Of a stretch of 64,000 nt of DNA, positions 13,794-23,194 are shown piece after piece (positions within the stretch are counted from its first letter, which is position 1; each line of letters begins with the position of its first letter). The notes under the pieces are model-generated. The model ran no database searches. It saw only the letters and a program-made list of their open reading frames with translations, and was not told where the DNA came from. The stretch is from an uncultured Lentisphaeraceae bacterium (GTDB lineage: Bacteria > Verrucomicrobiota > Kiritimatiellia > RFP12 > UBA1067): the NCBI GenBank assembly GCA_964636295.1, contig CAZWQY010000001.1, positions 16,092-80,091 of the forward strand, written 5' to 3'. The position numbers were made by a program, and so were the translations under genes.

Positions 13794-13802
13794 ATTATAC
13801 CA
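13794..13802 (-). promoter_or_regulatory. extended -10 promoter TGGTATAAT for the fucO-yeaD-like-fucP-queE unit
   Basis: The minus strand reads TTGCGC-N18-TATAAT. The 16-mer GGCAAGATGGTATAAT is identical to the one at 23113-23128. The 74-nt leader contains a GGGGCGCGACCCC hairpin (13771-13783). Confidence 0.6.
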
Positions 13803-13826
13803 TCTTGCCCGATTCCGGCGCAAGCG

Positions 13827-14372
13827 TCACGCCTCGGGCAAGAGAAAGAGGAGGACGAGATTCGTGAGGTTGAAGAGCGCGTGGTTCAGCATGGCGCAGG
13901 CGAGGCGCCCCGTCTTCTGGTAGAGCCAACACTGCGCCACGCCAAAGAAGAAGAGCGCGAGAAACGCCGCGTCCGGCCACGGCTGGGCGAGGTAGTGCGC
14001 CGCCGAGAAAAGAAGTGAGGAGAGGAAAACAATCGAATAATCGAATGGTCGAACGACAACAGTCGCCTGTCCCCTCACCTTCCGCCAGACCCGCTGCGGC
14101 AGGCGAAAGAGCAGCCCGCGAAACAGCAGTTCCTCCAGCGCCGGCAGCAGGACGACGACCTGAAGGACCAGGAACGCCGCGACACCGAAGTGCTTCGCCG
14201 AAACGAAGGCCTGCGCCAGGCAGCGGCGGACGACCTCGATGTTCTTCTGGTCGGGCAGGTCGACGCCAAACCAGCCGGCGACGACCTGCGTCAAATAGCA
14301 AAGGCCGATGGTCGCACACGCGATCACCGGCCAGGCCTTGAACGTAAACGAGTAGGGGGCCTCGCGCGTCAC
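13827..14372 (-). CDS. CPBP-family intramembrane glutamic endopeptidase (CAAX protease-like)
   Basis: Carries the motifs EELLFRG, FSAAH and NHALFN in a polytopic 181-aa protein. Its GTG start lies 1 nt after the aspS stop. Confidence 0.75.
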   Translation of the reverse strand: MTREAPYSFTFKAWPVIACATIGLCYLTQVVAGWFGVDLPDQKNIEVVRRCLAQAFVSAKHFGVAAFLVLQVVVLLPALEELLFRGLLFRLPQRVWRKVRGQATVVVRPFDYSIVFLSSLLFSAAHYLAQPWPDAAFLALFFFGVAQCWLYQKTGRLACAMLNHALFNLTNLVLLFLLPEA

Positions 14373-14373
14373 G

Positions 14374-16176
14374 TCAGGCCTCGACCTTCTCCCCGCCCGT
14401 TCCGCGAATCTTCAGGTGAAGCTCGCGGAGCTGCTGCTCGGTCACGTAGTTCGGCGCGTTCATCATGAGGTCCTGGGCCTTCTGGTTCATCGGGAAGGCG
14501 ATGACCTCGCGGATGTTCGGCGTGTCGGTGAGAAGCATGACCATGCGATCGACGCCCGGCGCAATGCCGCCATGCGGCGGCGCGCCGAACTGGAAGGCAC
14601 TGTAGAGGCAGCCGAACTTCTGCTTGACGACTTCCTTCGGATAGCCCGCGATCTCGAACGCCTTCTCCATGATGTCGATGCGGTGGTTGCGGATCGCGCC
14701 CGACGAAAGCTCGATGCCGTTGCAGACGACGTCGTACTGGTAGGCCTCGATCGACAGCGGATCCGACCCGTTCAGTGCCTCCAGCCCGCCCTGCGGCATC
14801 GAGAACGGATTGTGCGAGAAGATGATCTTGCCCGTCTCGGGGTCCTTCTCGAAGAACGGGAAGTCGACGATCCAGCAGAACCGGTAGCAGTTCGTCTCGC
14901 AGATCTTGTTCGTGAGGTGGTTCGCGATGTCCGTGCGCACAAGGCCCGACAGGCGATGGCACTCGTCCACGTCGGCCGCCATGAAGAAGAGCGCGTCCCC
15001 CGGCTCCATGCCGGCGAGCGCCTTCATCTCCTCCAGCTGCTCGGCCGACAGGAACTTCGCGATCGGGCCCTTGAGCTCGCCGTCCTTCGTCCAGCTGATG
15101 TAGCCGAGGCCCTTGCCGCCGTTCTCCTTGACGAACGCCTCGCGCTTGTCGAACCACGTGCGCGTCTCGACGCCGACGATGCCCTTGACGAGCAGGCCCT
15201 TGACGAGCCCGCCCGACGTCGCGACGTTCGCGAACGCCTTGAAGTCCGCCCGCGCGAAGAAGTCGTTCATGTTGAACCACTTGAGCGGGTTGCGGAGATC
15301 CGGCTTGTCCGAGCCGTACGTCATCATCGCGTCGCGGTACTTGATGCGCGGCCACGGGGCCTCGCTGCACGCCCAGGTCGAGAACTTCTTGAACGTCTTG
15401 CCGACGACGTCCTCGACGACGGCGAAGATCTCGTCCTGCGTGACGTAGCTCATCTCGATGTCCATCTGGTAGAACTCGCCGGGACTGCGGTCGGCGCGCG
15501 CCGCCTCGTCGCGGAAGCACGGCGCGATCTGGAAGTAGCGGTCGAAGCCCGAGACCATCAGGAGCTGCTTGAACATCTGCGGCGCCTGCGGAAGCGCGTA
15601 GAACATGCCGCGATGGAGGCGGCTCGGCACGAGGTAGTCGCGCGCGCCCTCCGGCGACGAGGCCGTCAGGATCGGCGTCTGGAACTCGTTGAAGCCCTTC
15701 TCCCACATCTGCTCGCGCAGGAAGCGGATCACCTGCGAGCGGAGGACGAGGTTCTGGTGCAACTTCTCGCGGCGAAGGTCGAGGAAGCGGTACTTGAGGC
15801 GCACGTCCTCCGACTCGTCGGCCTTCTCGTCGGGAATGTAGATCGGCGTCACCTCCGACGCGGACTCCATCACCAGCTCGTTCGCCTCGATCTCGACTTC
15901 GCCCGTCGGCAGGTCGGGGTTGATCGTGTCGGGCGTGCGGAGCTTCACCTCGCCCGTCACGGTGATGACCGACTCGAGGTGCGCCTTCTCGACGAGTCCG
16001 AAGAAGCTGCGCGACGGATGGACGACGATCTGCGTCAGGCCATAGTGGTCGCGCAGATCGACGAACAGGATGCCGCCATGGTCGCGCAGACGGAACATCC
16101 AGCCCGAAAGGCGGACGGTCTTCCCCGCGTCGGACGCGCGGAGCTCGTTGCAGGTGTGGGTACGATACGGATGCAT
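14374..16176 (-). CDS. aspS: aspartate--tRNA ligase
   Basis: 600 aa with N-terminus [13 protein letters not shown]...[22 protein letters not shown] and class II motifs ([13 protein letters not shown]). Confidence 0.95.
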   Translation of the reverse strand: MHPYRTHTCNELRASDAGKTVRLSGWMFRLRDHGGILFVDLRDHYGLTQIVVHPSRSFFGLVEKAHLESVITVTGEVKLRTPDTINPDLPTGEVEIEANELVMESASEVTPIYIPDEKADESEDVRLKYRFLDLRREKLHQNLVLRSQVIRFLREQMWEKGFNEFQTPILTASSPEGARDYLVPSRLHRGMFYALPQAPQMFKQLLMVSGFDRYFQIAPCFRDEAARADRSPGEFYQMDIEMSYVTQDEIFAVVEDVVGKTFKKFSTWACSEAPWPRIKYRDAMMTYGSDKPDLRNPLKWFNMNDFFARADFKAFANVATSGGLVKGLLVKGIVGVETRTWFDKREAFVKENGGKGLGYISWTKDGELKGPIAKFLSAEQLEEMKALAGMEPGDALFFMAADVDECHRLSGLVRTDIANHLTNKICETNCYRFCWIVDFPFFEKDPETGKIIFSHNPFSMPQGGLEALNGSDPLSIEAYQYDVVCNGIELSSGAIRNHRIDIMEKAFEIAGYPKEVVKQKFGCLYSAFQFGAPPHGGIAPGVDRMVMLLTDTPNIREVIAFPMNQKAQDLMMNAPNYVTEQQLRELHLKIRGTGGEKVEA

Positions 16177-16203
16177 AGTCAGAATCTCCTCAAAATTGTG
16201 CGT

Positions 16204-16212
16204 AGTATACCA
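16204..16212 (-). promoter_or_regulatory. extended -10 promoter TGGTATACT for aspS
   Basis: AT-rich box 27 nt upstream of the aspS ATG, followed by a GAGGAG RBS. It lies just after the rsmA stop (16217). Confidence 0.5.
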
Positions 16213-16216
16213 TAAA

Positions 16217-17086
16217 TCAGACGTCCGCCGACTTCAGTTCGCGCGCCCACGCGACCCACTCGGCGTTTGACAGCTCTTCGGCGCGCCGCGTGGACTGGAT
16301 CAAATCGCGGAAAATGCTGCCCAGCTGCTTGCGCCGATGCTCGAACGCGCGCTTCGTCAGACGGTGAAAAATCCGCCGCGTCTCCGCCGTGAGATCGACA
16401 TTCCGGTCATGCCGATCCAGCCGCACGACGCTTGAGCCAATCTCCGGACGCGGCCAGAAGCAGCTCGACGAGACTTTCCGAACGACCTTCACGTCGTAGT
16501 CAAGCTGTGCCCAGACCCCCGCCAGCCCCCGCATCTTCGACCCCTCCTCCGCCGCCAGCCGCTCGGCGACCTCCGTCTGCACCAGGACAGTCAGCGACGG
16601 AATCGCCCGCGTCTGCACGAGGTCGAGCAAAATGCGCGTCCCCGCCTGATACGGCAGGTTGGAGACCATGTGGGAGAAGGTTGAGAGGGGTTGGGAAGTT
16701 TGGGGGTTTGGGGGTTGGGTGGTTGGGGGTTGGGGGGCGCGCGCACGCGCGATCCAGTCGAGCGCGTCGCCCGCGACAACCGTCAGGTTCGGCGGATTGC
16801 CAAAGGCCGTCGGCAGCCGCTCGGCCAAGACGGGATCTTTCTCGATCGCCGTCACGCGACAGCCGCGCGCGAGCAGTTCCTCCGTCAGCACGCCCAGCCC
16901 CGGACCGATCTCCAGGACATTCATCTCGTCGGGACTCGCCGCACCCGCACGCGGCGCCAGCCCCGCGTCCACAATCGCATTTCGCGCATTCTGGTCGATG
17001 AGGAAGTTTTGCCCCAAGACCTTGTTCGGGTGAAAGCCGTTTTCGATGCACCAGGCCTTGACCTGGCTCGGACTCGTCAGATTCAT
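16217..17086 (-). CDS. rsmA: 16S rRNA (adenine1518/1519-N6)-dimethyltransferase
   Basis: Contains [19 protein letters not shown] and SNLPY motifs. An extra P/Q/T-rich loop lies between the DAL and NLPY motifs (see findings). Confidence 0.9.
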   Translation of the reverse strand: MNLTSPSQVKAWCIENGFHPNKVLGQNFLIDQNARNAIVDAGLAPRAGAASPDEMNVLEIGPGLGVLTEELLARGCRVTAIEKDPVLAERLPTAFGNPPNLTVVAGDALDWIARARAPQPPTTQPPNPQTSQPLSTFSHMVSNLPYQAGTRILLDLVQTRAIPSLTVLVQTEVAERLAAEEGSKMRGLAGVWAQLDYDVKVVRKVSSSCFWPRPEIGSSVVRLDRHDRNVDLTAETRRIFHRLTKRAFEHRRKQLGSIFRDLIQSTRRAEELSNAEWVAWARELKSADV

Positions 17087-17096
17087 CTCGCCCTCC

Positions 17097-17693
17097 TCAT
17101 GTGTTCGTTCCCTCCTGAAACGCCGCCGCCGCGACCTTGCGCAGGAACTTCACGCTGCGCGAAAAGATCTGGTCGACGTTCGCGGCCGAGGAAACGTCCA
17201 GAAACTCCTTCGTCTCCTCGCTCGACAGGTGAAAGCGCGTCTTCAGGAGATGAATGTAGCAGCGTTCGGGGTCCTCGTTCCAGAGCTTGCGGAAGCACCA
17301 GTGCGTCAGCCCCCACGTCTCGTTGTGCAGAAGCTGCTCCGTCGCATCCACGGGAATCTCCATCCCCGTCCGCCCGTCCGCCGCATTCGGATACGCGCGC
17401 TCGATCGAAATCTCGCCATGCCGATTCGGGTCCGCGTTCAGGATGAAGCCGCGCACATAGCGGCGCAGCCACCCCTCGAACGAGCCCTCGCCTCGGTAGA
17501 GGTCGATCTTGCCGCGCCCGATCATCTCCTCGTAGAGCATGCCGTTGAGGTCGTCCTCCGTCAGCGAATACCGCTTCATCAGCGTCGCCGAGCGAAGCGA
17601 CCTCGCCTCGGTCGCGATCACGCGCTCCCAAACGAGCTTCCAGCCCGCGTCCTCGCCCGCCCTGACGAGCCGATGCCATTCCGCGTCCGTCAT
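17097..17693 (-). CDS. sigma-70 family (ECF-like) RNA polymerase sigma factor
   Basis: 198 aa from the ATG at 17693. It has a region-2-like FEGWLRRYVRGFILN and a region-4-like LSSEETKEFLDVSSAANVDQIFSRSVKFLRK. The family call is by eye only. Confidence 0.55.
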   Translation of the reverse strand: MTDAEWHRLVRAGEDAGWKLVWERVIATEARSLRSATLMKRYSLTEDDLNGMLYEEMIGRGKIDLYRGEGSFEGWLRRYVRGFILNADPNRHGEISIERAYPNAADGRTGMEIPVDATEQLLHNETWGLTHWCFRKLWNEDPERCYIHLLKTRFHLSSEETKEFLDVSSAANVDQIFSRSVKFLRKVAAAAFQEGTNT

Positions 17694-18007
17694 GCGAACG
17701 TCAGGCCTCCGGGAACGGGCGGCTGCCCCGGCCGATGCAGCCACAGCGCGGACTCGTGCTTGCCCTTGACGAAATCCGCGTACGAAATCGTCGCCGCGCC
17801 GTCGCGGACGGCGAGTCGCTGTCCGGCGAACTCGAAGACGCCCGTCGGCACGGGCGCGCCGTTTCCGTCCGCAAACTGGATCGCCAGCCGCGTCGCCGCG
17901 ACCGCCCCCGCCGGGAAGACGAGCCGCGCCGTCCAGCACGCGGCCAGATCCCGCATCGGATGCGACTTGAACGTAAACGTGATCGCCCTGTCGGCCGGCG
18001 CCTTCAT
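17690..18007 (-). CDS. small hypothetical protein (105 aa) translationally coupled to the sigma factor
   Basis: The composition looks protein-like rather than Arg-rich junk. Its stop overlaps the sigma-factor ATG as ATGA at 17690-17693. Confidence 0.4.
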   Translation of the reverse strand: MKAPADRAITFTFKSHPMRDLAACWTARLVFPAGAVAATRLAIQFADGNGAPVPTGVFEFAGQRLAVRDGAATISYADFVKGKHESALWLHRPGQPPVPGGLTFA

Positions 18008-18022
18008 CGGAAACCGGCCCGC

Positions 18023-18823
18023 CTAGCCGAGAAGCACCTTGTCAAACGCCCCCGCGAGCGAGCCGACGTGCGCGTTCCGCTCGGCGTTCGCCTTCATCCA
18101 GTCGGCGACCTCGGCCGCCGACTTCGCGGACGCTTCCTCTTCGGGCGAGCGGTGGAAGACGCGCGGCAGGCATTCCTTGCGCGAGAGCGCAATCTTGCCC
18201 GCCTCGCGGTCGATGTGGAGAACCTTGACGGTCACGCCGTCGCCCGACTTCAAGACCGCATTCGGGTCCTCGACGCGCTCCCACGCGATTTCGCGCACGG
18301 GAATCAGCCCGTCGACGCCGCCCAAGTCGACGAACGCGCCGAAGTCGAAGACGCGCGTCACCGTGCCGTTCAGCGTCTCGCCCTCGTGCAATTCGTTGAG
18401 GACGGCCTCGCGCAGGGCCTCGGCCTGCACCTCCAGCAGCGCGCGGCGCGAGACGACGACGCTCAGCCCCCGGTCGTCCTTCGCGTATTCCGTCACGACG
18501 AAATCGAACTTGCGCCCGACGTACTCGGCGGCGTCCTTCTTGAAGCGGTCGATCTGGGAGAAGGGACAGAAGGCGCGCGCGCCCGCGACCGTCACCTCGT
18601 AGCCGCCCTTCACCTCCTTCTCGACCAGGCCCGAAACGGCCTCGCCCGCCTCGAACGCGGTCTTGAGCGTGACGTTGTCGTCGGACGCGACCGCGACGGC
18701 CGGCTTCGCCGGACGCGCGAGCGACTTGTCGTCGTTGAACGCCTTGCCGAACTTGTACCCCTTGCGAATGCCCTTGAACTGGTCGTTCAGGAGGGCGCCA
18801 AAGTCAAAATCCGCCTTTGCCAT
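18023..18823 (-). CDS. S1 RNA-binding domain protein
   Basis: Two S1-like OB modules are visible: GLVEKEVKGGYEVTVAGARAFCPFSQI and GTVTRVFDFGAFVDLGGVDGLIPVREI...GDGVTVKVLHIDREAGKIALS. Confidence 0.7.
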   Translation of the reverse strand: MAKADFDFGALLNDQFKGIRKGYKFGKAFNDDKSLARPAKPAVAVASDDNVTLKTAFEAGEAVSGLVEKEVKGGYEVTVAGARAFCPFSQIDRFKKDAAEYVGRKFDFVVTEYAKDDRGLSVVVSRRALLEVQAEALREAVLNELHEGETLNGTVTRVFDFGAFVDLGGVDGLIPVREIAWERVEDPNAVLKSGDGVTVKVLHIDREAGKIALSRKECLPRVFHRSPEEEASAKSAAEVADWMKANAERNAHVGSLAGAFDKVLLG

Positions 18824-18827
18824 AACC

Positions 18828-19853
18828 TCACTTTGCGGCGACGAGCGCCTTGAGTTCCTTCACCTCGGCGCGCAGTTTCTCCACCAGTCGCGGCAGGAGC
18901 AGGCGCGCGCCAAATTCCTTCTTCGACTCGGCGGGCGCGCCGAGCACGTACTTGACCGACCCGTCCAGCGACTTCGGGACGCCCGCCTGGGGCCCGACCT
19001 GCACGCCGTCGGCGATCTTGATGTGACCGGAGATGCCGGCCTGCGCCCAAACGAGGCAGCCCTTGCCGATCTGCGTCGAGCCCGCCACGCCGGCCTGGGC
19101 GATGATGCCCGAATAGCCCGCGACCTTGACATTGTGCCCGATCTGCACGAGGTTGTCGATCTTCGTCTGCGGGCCGATGTACGTGCGCCCGATGCGCGCG
19201 CGGTCGATCGTCGTGTTCGAGCCGATCTCGACGCCATCGCCCAGCTCGACGATGCCGAGCTGCGGAATCTTCTCGATCTTGATGCCCGTCAGCCCCACCG
19301 ACGTCGTGTAGCCGTAGCCGTCGCCGCCGATCCGCACGCCGCAGTGGAGAATCACCTTCTTGCCGAGGACGCACCCCTCGCGGAGCGTGACCTGCGGGTA
19401 GATGTGGCAATCGTCGCCAAGCCGGCAGTTCTCGCCGATGAAGACCTGCGCCTCGATGACGCAGTCGTCGCCGATCGCCGCGCCCTTCTCGATGACCGTG
19501 TAGGCGCCGACGTGAACGCGCTTGCCGAGCGTGACGGACGGATCGACGATCGCCGTCGGATGCACGCCCGGCGCGCGGACGGGCGGCGGCGGCACGAAGA
19601 GCGCGGCGGCCTTCATGCAGGCGCCGTCCGGATCCTTCACGCGGATGACCGCGCACGGCGCGCCGTGATCCCAGTCCTTCGGCAGGAGGACGGCCGAGGC
19701 CTTTGTCTCCTGCACGAGCGCAACGTGCTTCGGGTCCTTGCAGAAGCTGAGGTCGCCCTTGCGCGCCTCCTCAAGCCCCGCACAGGCGACGAGATCGACG
19801 TTCGCCCCCTCCAGCGTGCCGCCGAGGGCCGCAGCAAGCTCACTTGCCTTCAT
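18828..19853 (-). CDS. lpxD: UDP-3-O-acylglucosamine N-acyltransferase
   Basis: N-terminus [16 protein letters not shown], followed by long hexapeptide (LbH) repeats. An alternative ATG exists at 19868. The start overlaps the skp stop. Confidence 0.9.
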   Translation of the reverse strand: MKASELAAALGGTLEGANVDLVACAGLEEARKGDLSFCKDPKHVALVQETKASAVLLPKDWDHGAPCAVIRVKDPDGACMKAAALFVPPPPVRAPGVHPTAIVDPSVTLGKRVHVGAYTVIEKGAAIGDDCVIEAQVFIGENCRLGDDCHIYPQVTLREGCVLGKKVILHCGVRIGGDGYGYTTSVGLTGIKIEKIPQLGIVELGDGVEIGSNTTIDRARIGRTYIGPQTKIDNLVQIGHNVKVAGYSGIIAQAGVAGSTQIGKGCLVWAQAGISGHIKIADGVQVGPQAGVPKSLDGSVKYVLGAPAESKKEFGARLLLPRLVEKLRAEVKELKALVAAK

Positions 19854-20400
19854 TGCGCCCCTTCGCATTCTTCGGCTCGACGCCCATCTCCTGAAGCATC
19901 TCGTCCGTCACGTCATATTTCGCCTTCGCGAACGGCGCGGCCGTCCGGTCAAGGATGAAATCGTAGGCCTTCTTGTCGGCGAACTTCTTCAGCCGCTTGC
20001 GCAAGTCCTCCGTCGTCGCCTTGAGGAGACGGCCCTCCAGATCCTGCAAGTCCTGGCGGCAGCGCGCGATCTCCGCGCGGTAGCGCTGCTCGATGCCCAT
20101 GAGCTTCTGCTGGATGTCCATGAGCTGCTTCTCGACGTCGGCCTTCGCCTTCGCCGCCAGCATCGGATTGCGCAGCTGCTCGGCGATCTTCTTGCCCTCC
20201 GCCTGAAGGCTCTCGCCCTCGGCCTTGATCGCCTCGACCTTCTTCTGGTAGTCCTTGTCCGTCGAGGCGAGGAGCTCCTTGTTCGCCTCGTAGTTCGGAT
20301 GGTTGCGGATGAGGAGCATGAGATCGACCGTGCCGATCTTCGTATCGGCCGAGGCGACCATCGCCGCGAGGGCCACCGCCATGAACATGAGTTTCTTCAT
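19840..20400 (-). CDS. skp: OmpH/Skp-family periplasmic chaperone
   Basis: 186 aa with a signal peptide and a coiled, K/E/Q-rich body. It occupies the conserved bamA-skp-lpxD position. Confidence 0.8.
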   Translation of the reverse strand: MKKLMFMAVALAAMVASADTKIGTVDLMLLIRNHPNYEANKELLASTDKDYQKKVEAIKAEGESLQAEGKKIAEQLRNPMLAAKAKADVEKQLMDIQQKLMGIEQRYRAEIARCRQDLQDLEGRLLKATTEDLRKRLKKFADKKAYDFILDRTAAPFAKAKYDVTDEMLQEMGVEPKNAKGRNEGK

Positions 20401-20456
20401 TTTGCTTTTCTCTTTTCCTTTGGACTGTAAATTCGCTGGATCTTAAATCTCTTCCG

Positions 20457-22880
20457 TTAGAAGTCGTATCCCACCGTGAACGAGAAGACCTCCTTCTCGG
20501 CGTGCTCGGGCTCCTTGATCGGCGTCGCGAAGTCGAGGCGAATCGGGAACATCGGAATGTCGAGGCGGAAGCCGCAGCCGACCGTCCACGCGACCGTGTC
20601 CGAGAAGTCGAGATCCCACACGTCCTCGCCCACGGAGCCGACGTCGGAGAAGACGGCGAAGCGCAGCATCTTGACGATCGGGATCGTGTACTCGAAGTTC
20701 ATGCAGAAGAGCGTCTGGCCGCCCCACGGCGCCCAGTCGTCCGACCCGACGCGCTGCGCCATCGGCGCGACGTTGCGGTACTCGATGCCGCGAATCGACT
20801 TCGGCCCGCCGAGGAACAGGCGGTTGTAGATCGGCAGGTCGTCCGAGAACCCGTCGATCGTCTCGGCGCGCAGGGCCACCATGAAGACGTGGTCCACGTT
20901 CGCCCCCAGGAGCTGACGCCACACGTTGAAGTAGTTGCGGTGGTTGATGCCGAGCCGCCAGTACTCGTTGTCGCCCGCCGGCGCGACGTCGAGGTAGACG
21001 CGCGTCCGATAGCCGCGCGTCGGCGTCCGGAAGTTGTCGCGCCCGTCCTTCGCCCAGAAGAGATGGACGACCGGCTCGAAGGCCTCGCCGTACTCGCGCT
21101 CCTCCATCTCAAACAGGCGGCCCGTCTGCCCCTTGTAGACGTATTCGCCATGGACGACGTCGTCGAACTCGATGTACTCGCCGGAGAGTCCGACGCCAAA
21201 GCGCCCGAACGGCTCCCACGTCGGCCAGAACTTGACGGGGTACGCGAGCGAGGCCATCGCGCCCGTGCGGATGAGGTCGTACTCGTCGTACCAGCGCAGA
21301 CGGCGGTAGAGGTCAACCGACAGCTCCAGCGTGCGGTCGAAGAGGTGCGGCTCGACGAAGCCCAGCTCCATGCTCTGGTAGCGCGGGCCCCACGCCACGT
21401 AGGCGCGGCCCTTCTGCCCCGCGCCACGGAAGAGCTTCGACGGCGCGAAGAGGTCGAAGTTGTTCTGGTTCACCTCGGCGGAGACGTAGACGGAATCGAC
21501 CGTCGAGGCACCGACGCCGACCATGAACGAGCCGGTGTTCTTCTCCTCGACCTCATAGACGAGGTCGCGGTACTCCGCGCCGTTCGCGTCCTTGCCGAGA
21601 TCCGTCGGCTCCAGGTAGTAGCGCACGCGCGAGAAGTAGTCGAGGTTCTCCAAGCGCCGCTGCGAACGCTCGGCGCGGTCGGCGAGCATGCGGTCGCCCG
21701 GCGCCAGCGCGATCTCGCGGCGGATGACCTTGTCCTTCGTGTAGTCGTTGCCGCGGATCTTGATCTCGTTCAGGACGACCGGCACGCCCTCCGTCACCTT
21801 GAAGACGACGTTGACGACGGACGGGTTTTCCGTCGGCAAGCGCCGCACCTCGACGCGCGAATCGGCCAGCCCCGAATCGCCCGAGCCGACCGCGACCTCG
21901 ATGCGGTGCGCCGCGTCCGCCAGCGCCTTCTCGCCCGCGACCGCGCCCGCCGCCGGCAGCGCGCTCTTCTGCGCGACGTCCTCCGCCGAATACCGCGTCA
22001 CGCCCGTGACCCGCGTCGCGCCGACGCGGTACTGCACGCCCTCCGTGAAGGAGAAGACGAGGTTCACCTTGCCGTCGCCCGCCGGCACGCGGCGCGGCCC
22101 CTCGACCTTGACGTCGAGATAGCCGTGGTTGCGGTAGACCTCGGCGAGCTTGTCGCAGCACTGCGCGAGCTGGTCCTTCGTCACGGGGCTGTCGGAGAAC
22201 CAGCCCATCGGATTCCACCACGGCAGGTCGTTGATCGCCTCGTGGAGCTCGGCCGCGTCGAACGTGGCGTCGTCCAGCTTCCAGCCGGGCTGAAGCGACC
22301 GCCAGTACGCGACGTCCACGGCGTGCGGCGTGCCCTCGAAGACGTAGGCCGCGACCTTCTGGCGCGCGCCCTCGTCGATCGTGAAGACGACGTTCACGTC
22401 GTTGCCGGAGAGGATCTTCGTGCGAAAGGCGACCTTCGCGTCGGCGTAGTGCTTCTTCTGGTAGGCCAGGCGGACACGCGCGGCGGCGGCGGCCAGGTCG
22501 GACTCGCCGTAGAGGTAGCCGTCCTTCAAGGCGGCCTCGCTCGCGACCTTCGACTCGCTCAACGCCTCGTTGCCCTCGACGACGAGCGGGCCCGAATAGC
22601 GCATCTTGCGCTTCACGTAGTACGTCACCTCCACGCCGTCCGCCACGCGCTGGGCGTCGGCCGTGATCTCCTCGAACTCGCCGGAATCCTTGAGCGCCGT
22701 GACGTCGCGCGTCACCGTGACGGGATCGTAGGGCTTGCCGGCCTTCACCAGGCAGCGGCTCGCGACGAACGACGCATCGCCCCCGAACCCGTCGAGGGCC
22801 TTGACCCGAACATCCAGCACGTCCGCCGCGAAGACGGACACAGCCCCGAACAGGGCGACGAAAGCAGAAAGCCTCTTCAT
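20457..22880 (-). CDS. bamA: outer membrane protein assembly factor BamA
   Basis: 807 aa from the ATG at 22880 (MKRLSAFVALFGAVSVFA). POTRA repeats are followed by a C-terminal beta-barrel ending FSFTVGYDF. The track ORF was over-extended through the tRNA. Confidence 0.9.
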   Translation of the reverse strand: MKRLSAFVALFGAVSVFAADVLDVRVKALDGFGGDASFVASRCLVKAGKPYDPVTVTRDVTALKDSGEFEEITADAQRVADGVEVTYYVKRKMRYSGPLVVEGNEALSESKVASEAALKDGYLYGESDLAAAAARVRLAYQKKHYADAKVAFRTKILSGNDVNVVFTIDEGARQKVAAYVFEGTPHAVDVAYWRSLQPGWKLDDATFDAAELHEAINDLPWWNPMGWFSDSPVTKDQLAQCCDKLAEVYRNHGYLDVKVEGPRRVPAGDGKVNLVFSFTEGVQYRVGATRVTGVTRYSAEDVAQKSALPAAGAVAGEKALADAAHRIEVAVGSGDSGLADSRVEVRRLPTENPSVVNVVFKVTEGVPVVLNEIKIRGNDYTKDKVIRREIALAPGDRMLADRAERSQRRLENLDYFSRVRYYLEPTDLGKDANGAEYRDLVYEVEEKNTGSFMVGVGASTVDSVYVSAEVNQNNFDLFAPSKLFRGAGQKGRAYVAWGPRYQSMELGFVEPHLFDRTLELSVDLYRRLRWYDEYDLIRTGAMASLAYPVKFWPTWEPFGRFGVGLSGEYIEFDDVVHGEYVYKGQTGRLFEMEEREYGEAFEPVVHLFWAKDGRDNFRTPTRGYRTRVYLDVAPAGDNEYWRLGINHRNYFNVWRQLLGANVDHVFMVALRAETIDGFSDDLPIYNRLFLGGPKSIRGIEYRNVAPMAQRVGSDDWAPWGGQTLFCMNFEYTIPIVKMLRFAVFSDVGSVGEDVWDLDFSDTVAWTVGCGFRLDIPMFPIRLDFATPIKEPEHAEKEVFSFTVGYDF

Positions 22881-22890
22881 AAGGCCGCGT

Positions 22891-22899
22891 ATTTTACCA
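22891..22899 (-). promoter_or_regulatory. possible extended -10 box TGGTAAAAT immediately upstream of bamA
   Basis: The minus strand reads TGGTAAAATACGCGGCCTTATG, leaving only 10 nt between the hexamer and the bamA ATG. This would give a near-leaderless mRNA. The alternative is read-through from the tRNA promoter. Confidence 0.35.
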
Positions 22900-22952
22900 A
22901 AAATCGGCGGGCGGCGAAATAGCCCCGCCCCTCGGCGGACGGCGAAAAGGGG

Positions 22953-23026
22953 TGGGACCGCCGGGAATCGAACCCGGAACCTACGGTTTAGGAAACCGTC
23001 GCTCTGTCCAGTTGAGCTACGATCCC
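22953..23026 (-). tRNA. tRNA-Arg (anticodon CCT)
   Basis: Minus strand: GGGATCGTAGCTCAACTGGACAGAGCGACGGTTTCCTAAACCGTAGGTTCCGGGTTCGATTCCCGGCGGTCCCA. It has a 7-bp acceptor stem, a GTTCGATTC T-loop and an anticodon loop TTCCTAA. CCA is not encoded. Confidence 0.9.
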
Positions 23027-23112
23027 ACAACGTCCTTGGCATTTTCGAACTGTTCGCGAATGCGTCGTGAAAACTGCGGAATTTCGCGCGGTTTCACGAC
23101 CAAGACGCGCGT

Positions 23113-23150
23113 ATTATACCATCTTGCCTTTTTCGCCGTCAATGGCGCGG
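23113..23150 (-). promoter_or_regulatory. sigma70-type promoter (TTGACG-N18-TATAAT, TGG-extended) for tRNA-Arg and probably bamA-skp-lpxD
   Basis: The minus strand reads CATTGACGGCGAAAAAGGCAAGATGGTATAAT. The -10 box is 86 nt upstream of the tRNA 5' end. Confidence 0.6.
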
Positions 23151-23194
23151 CGAACGACCGGGTCTGGCGGGCGGTGTTCGCACGCGGCGGATTA

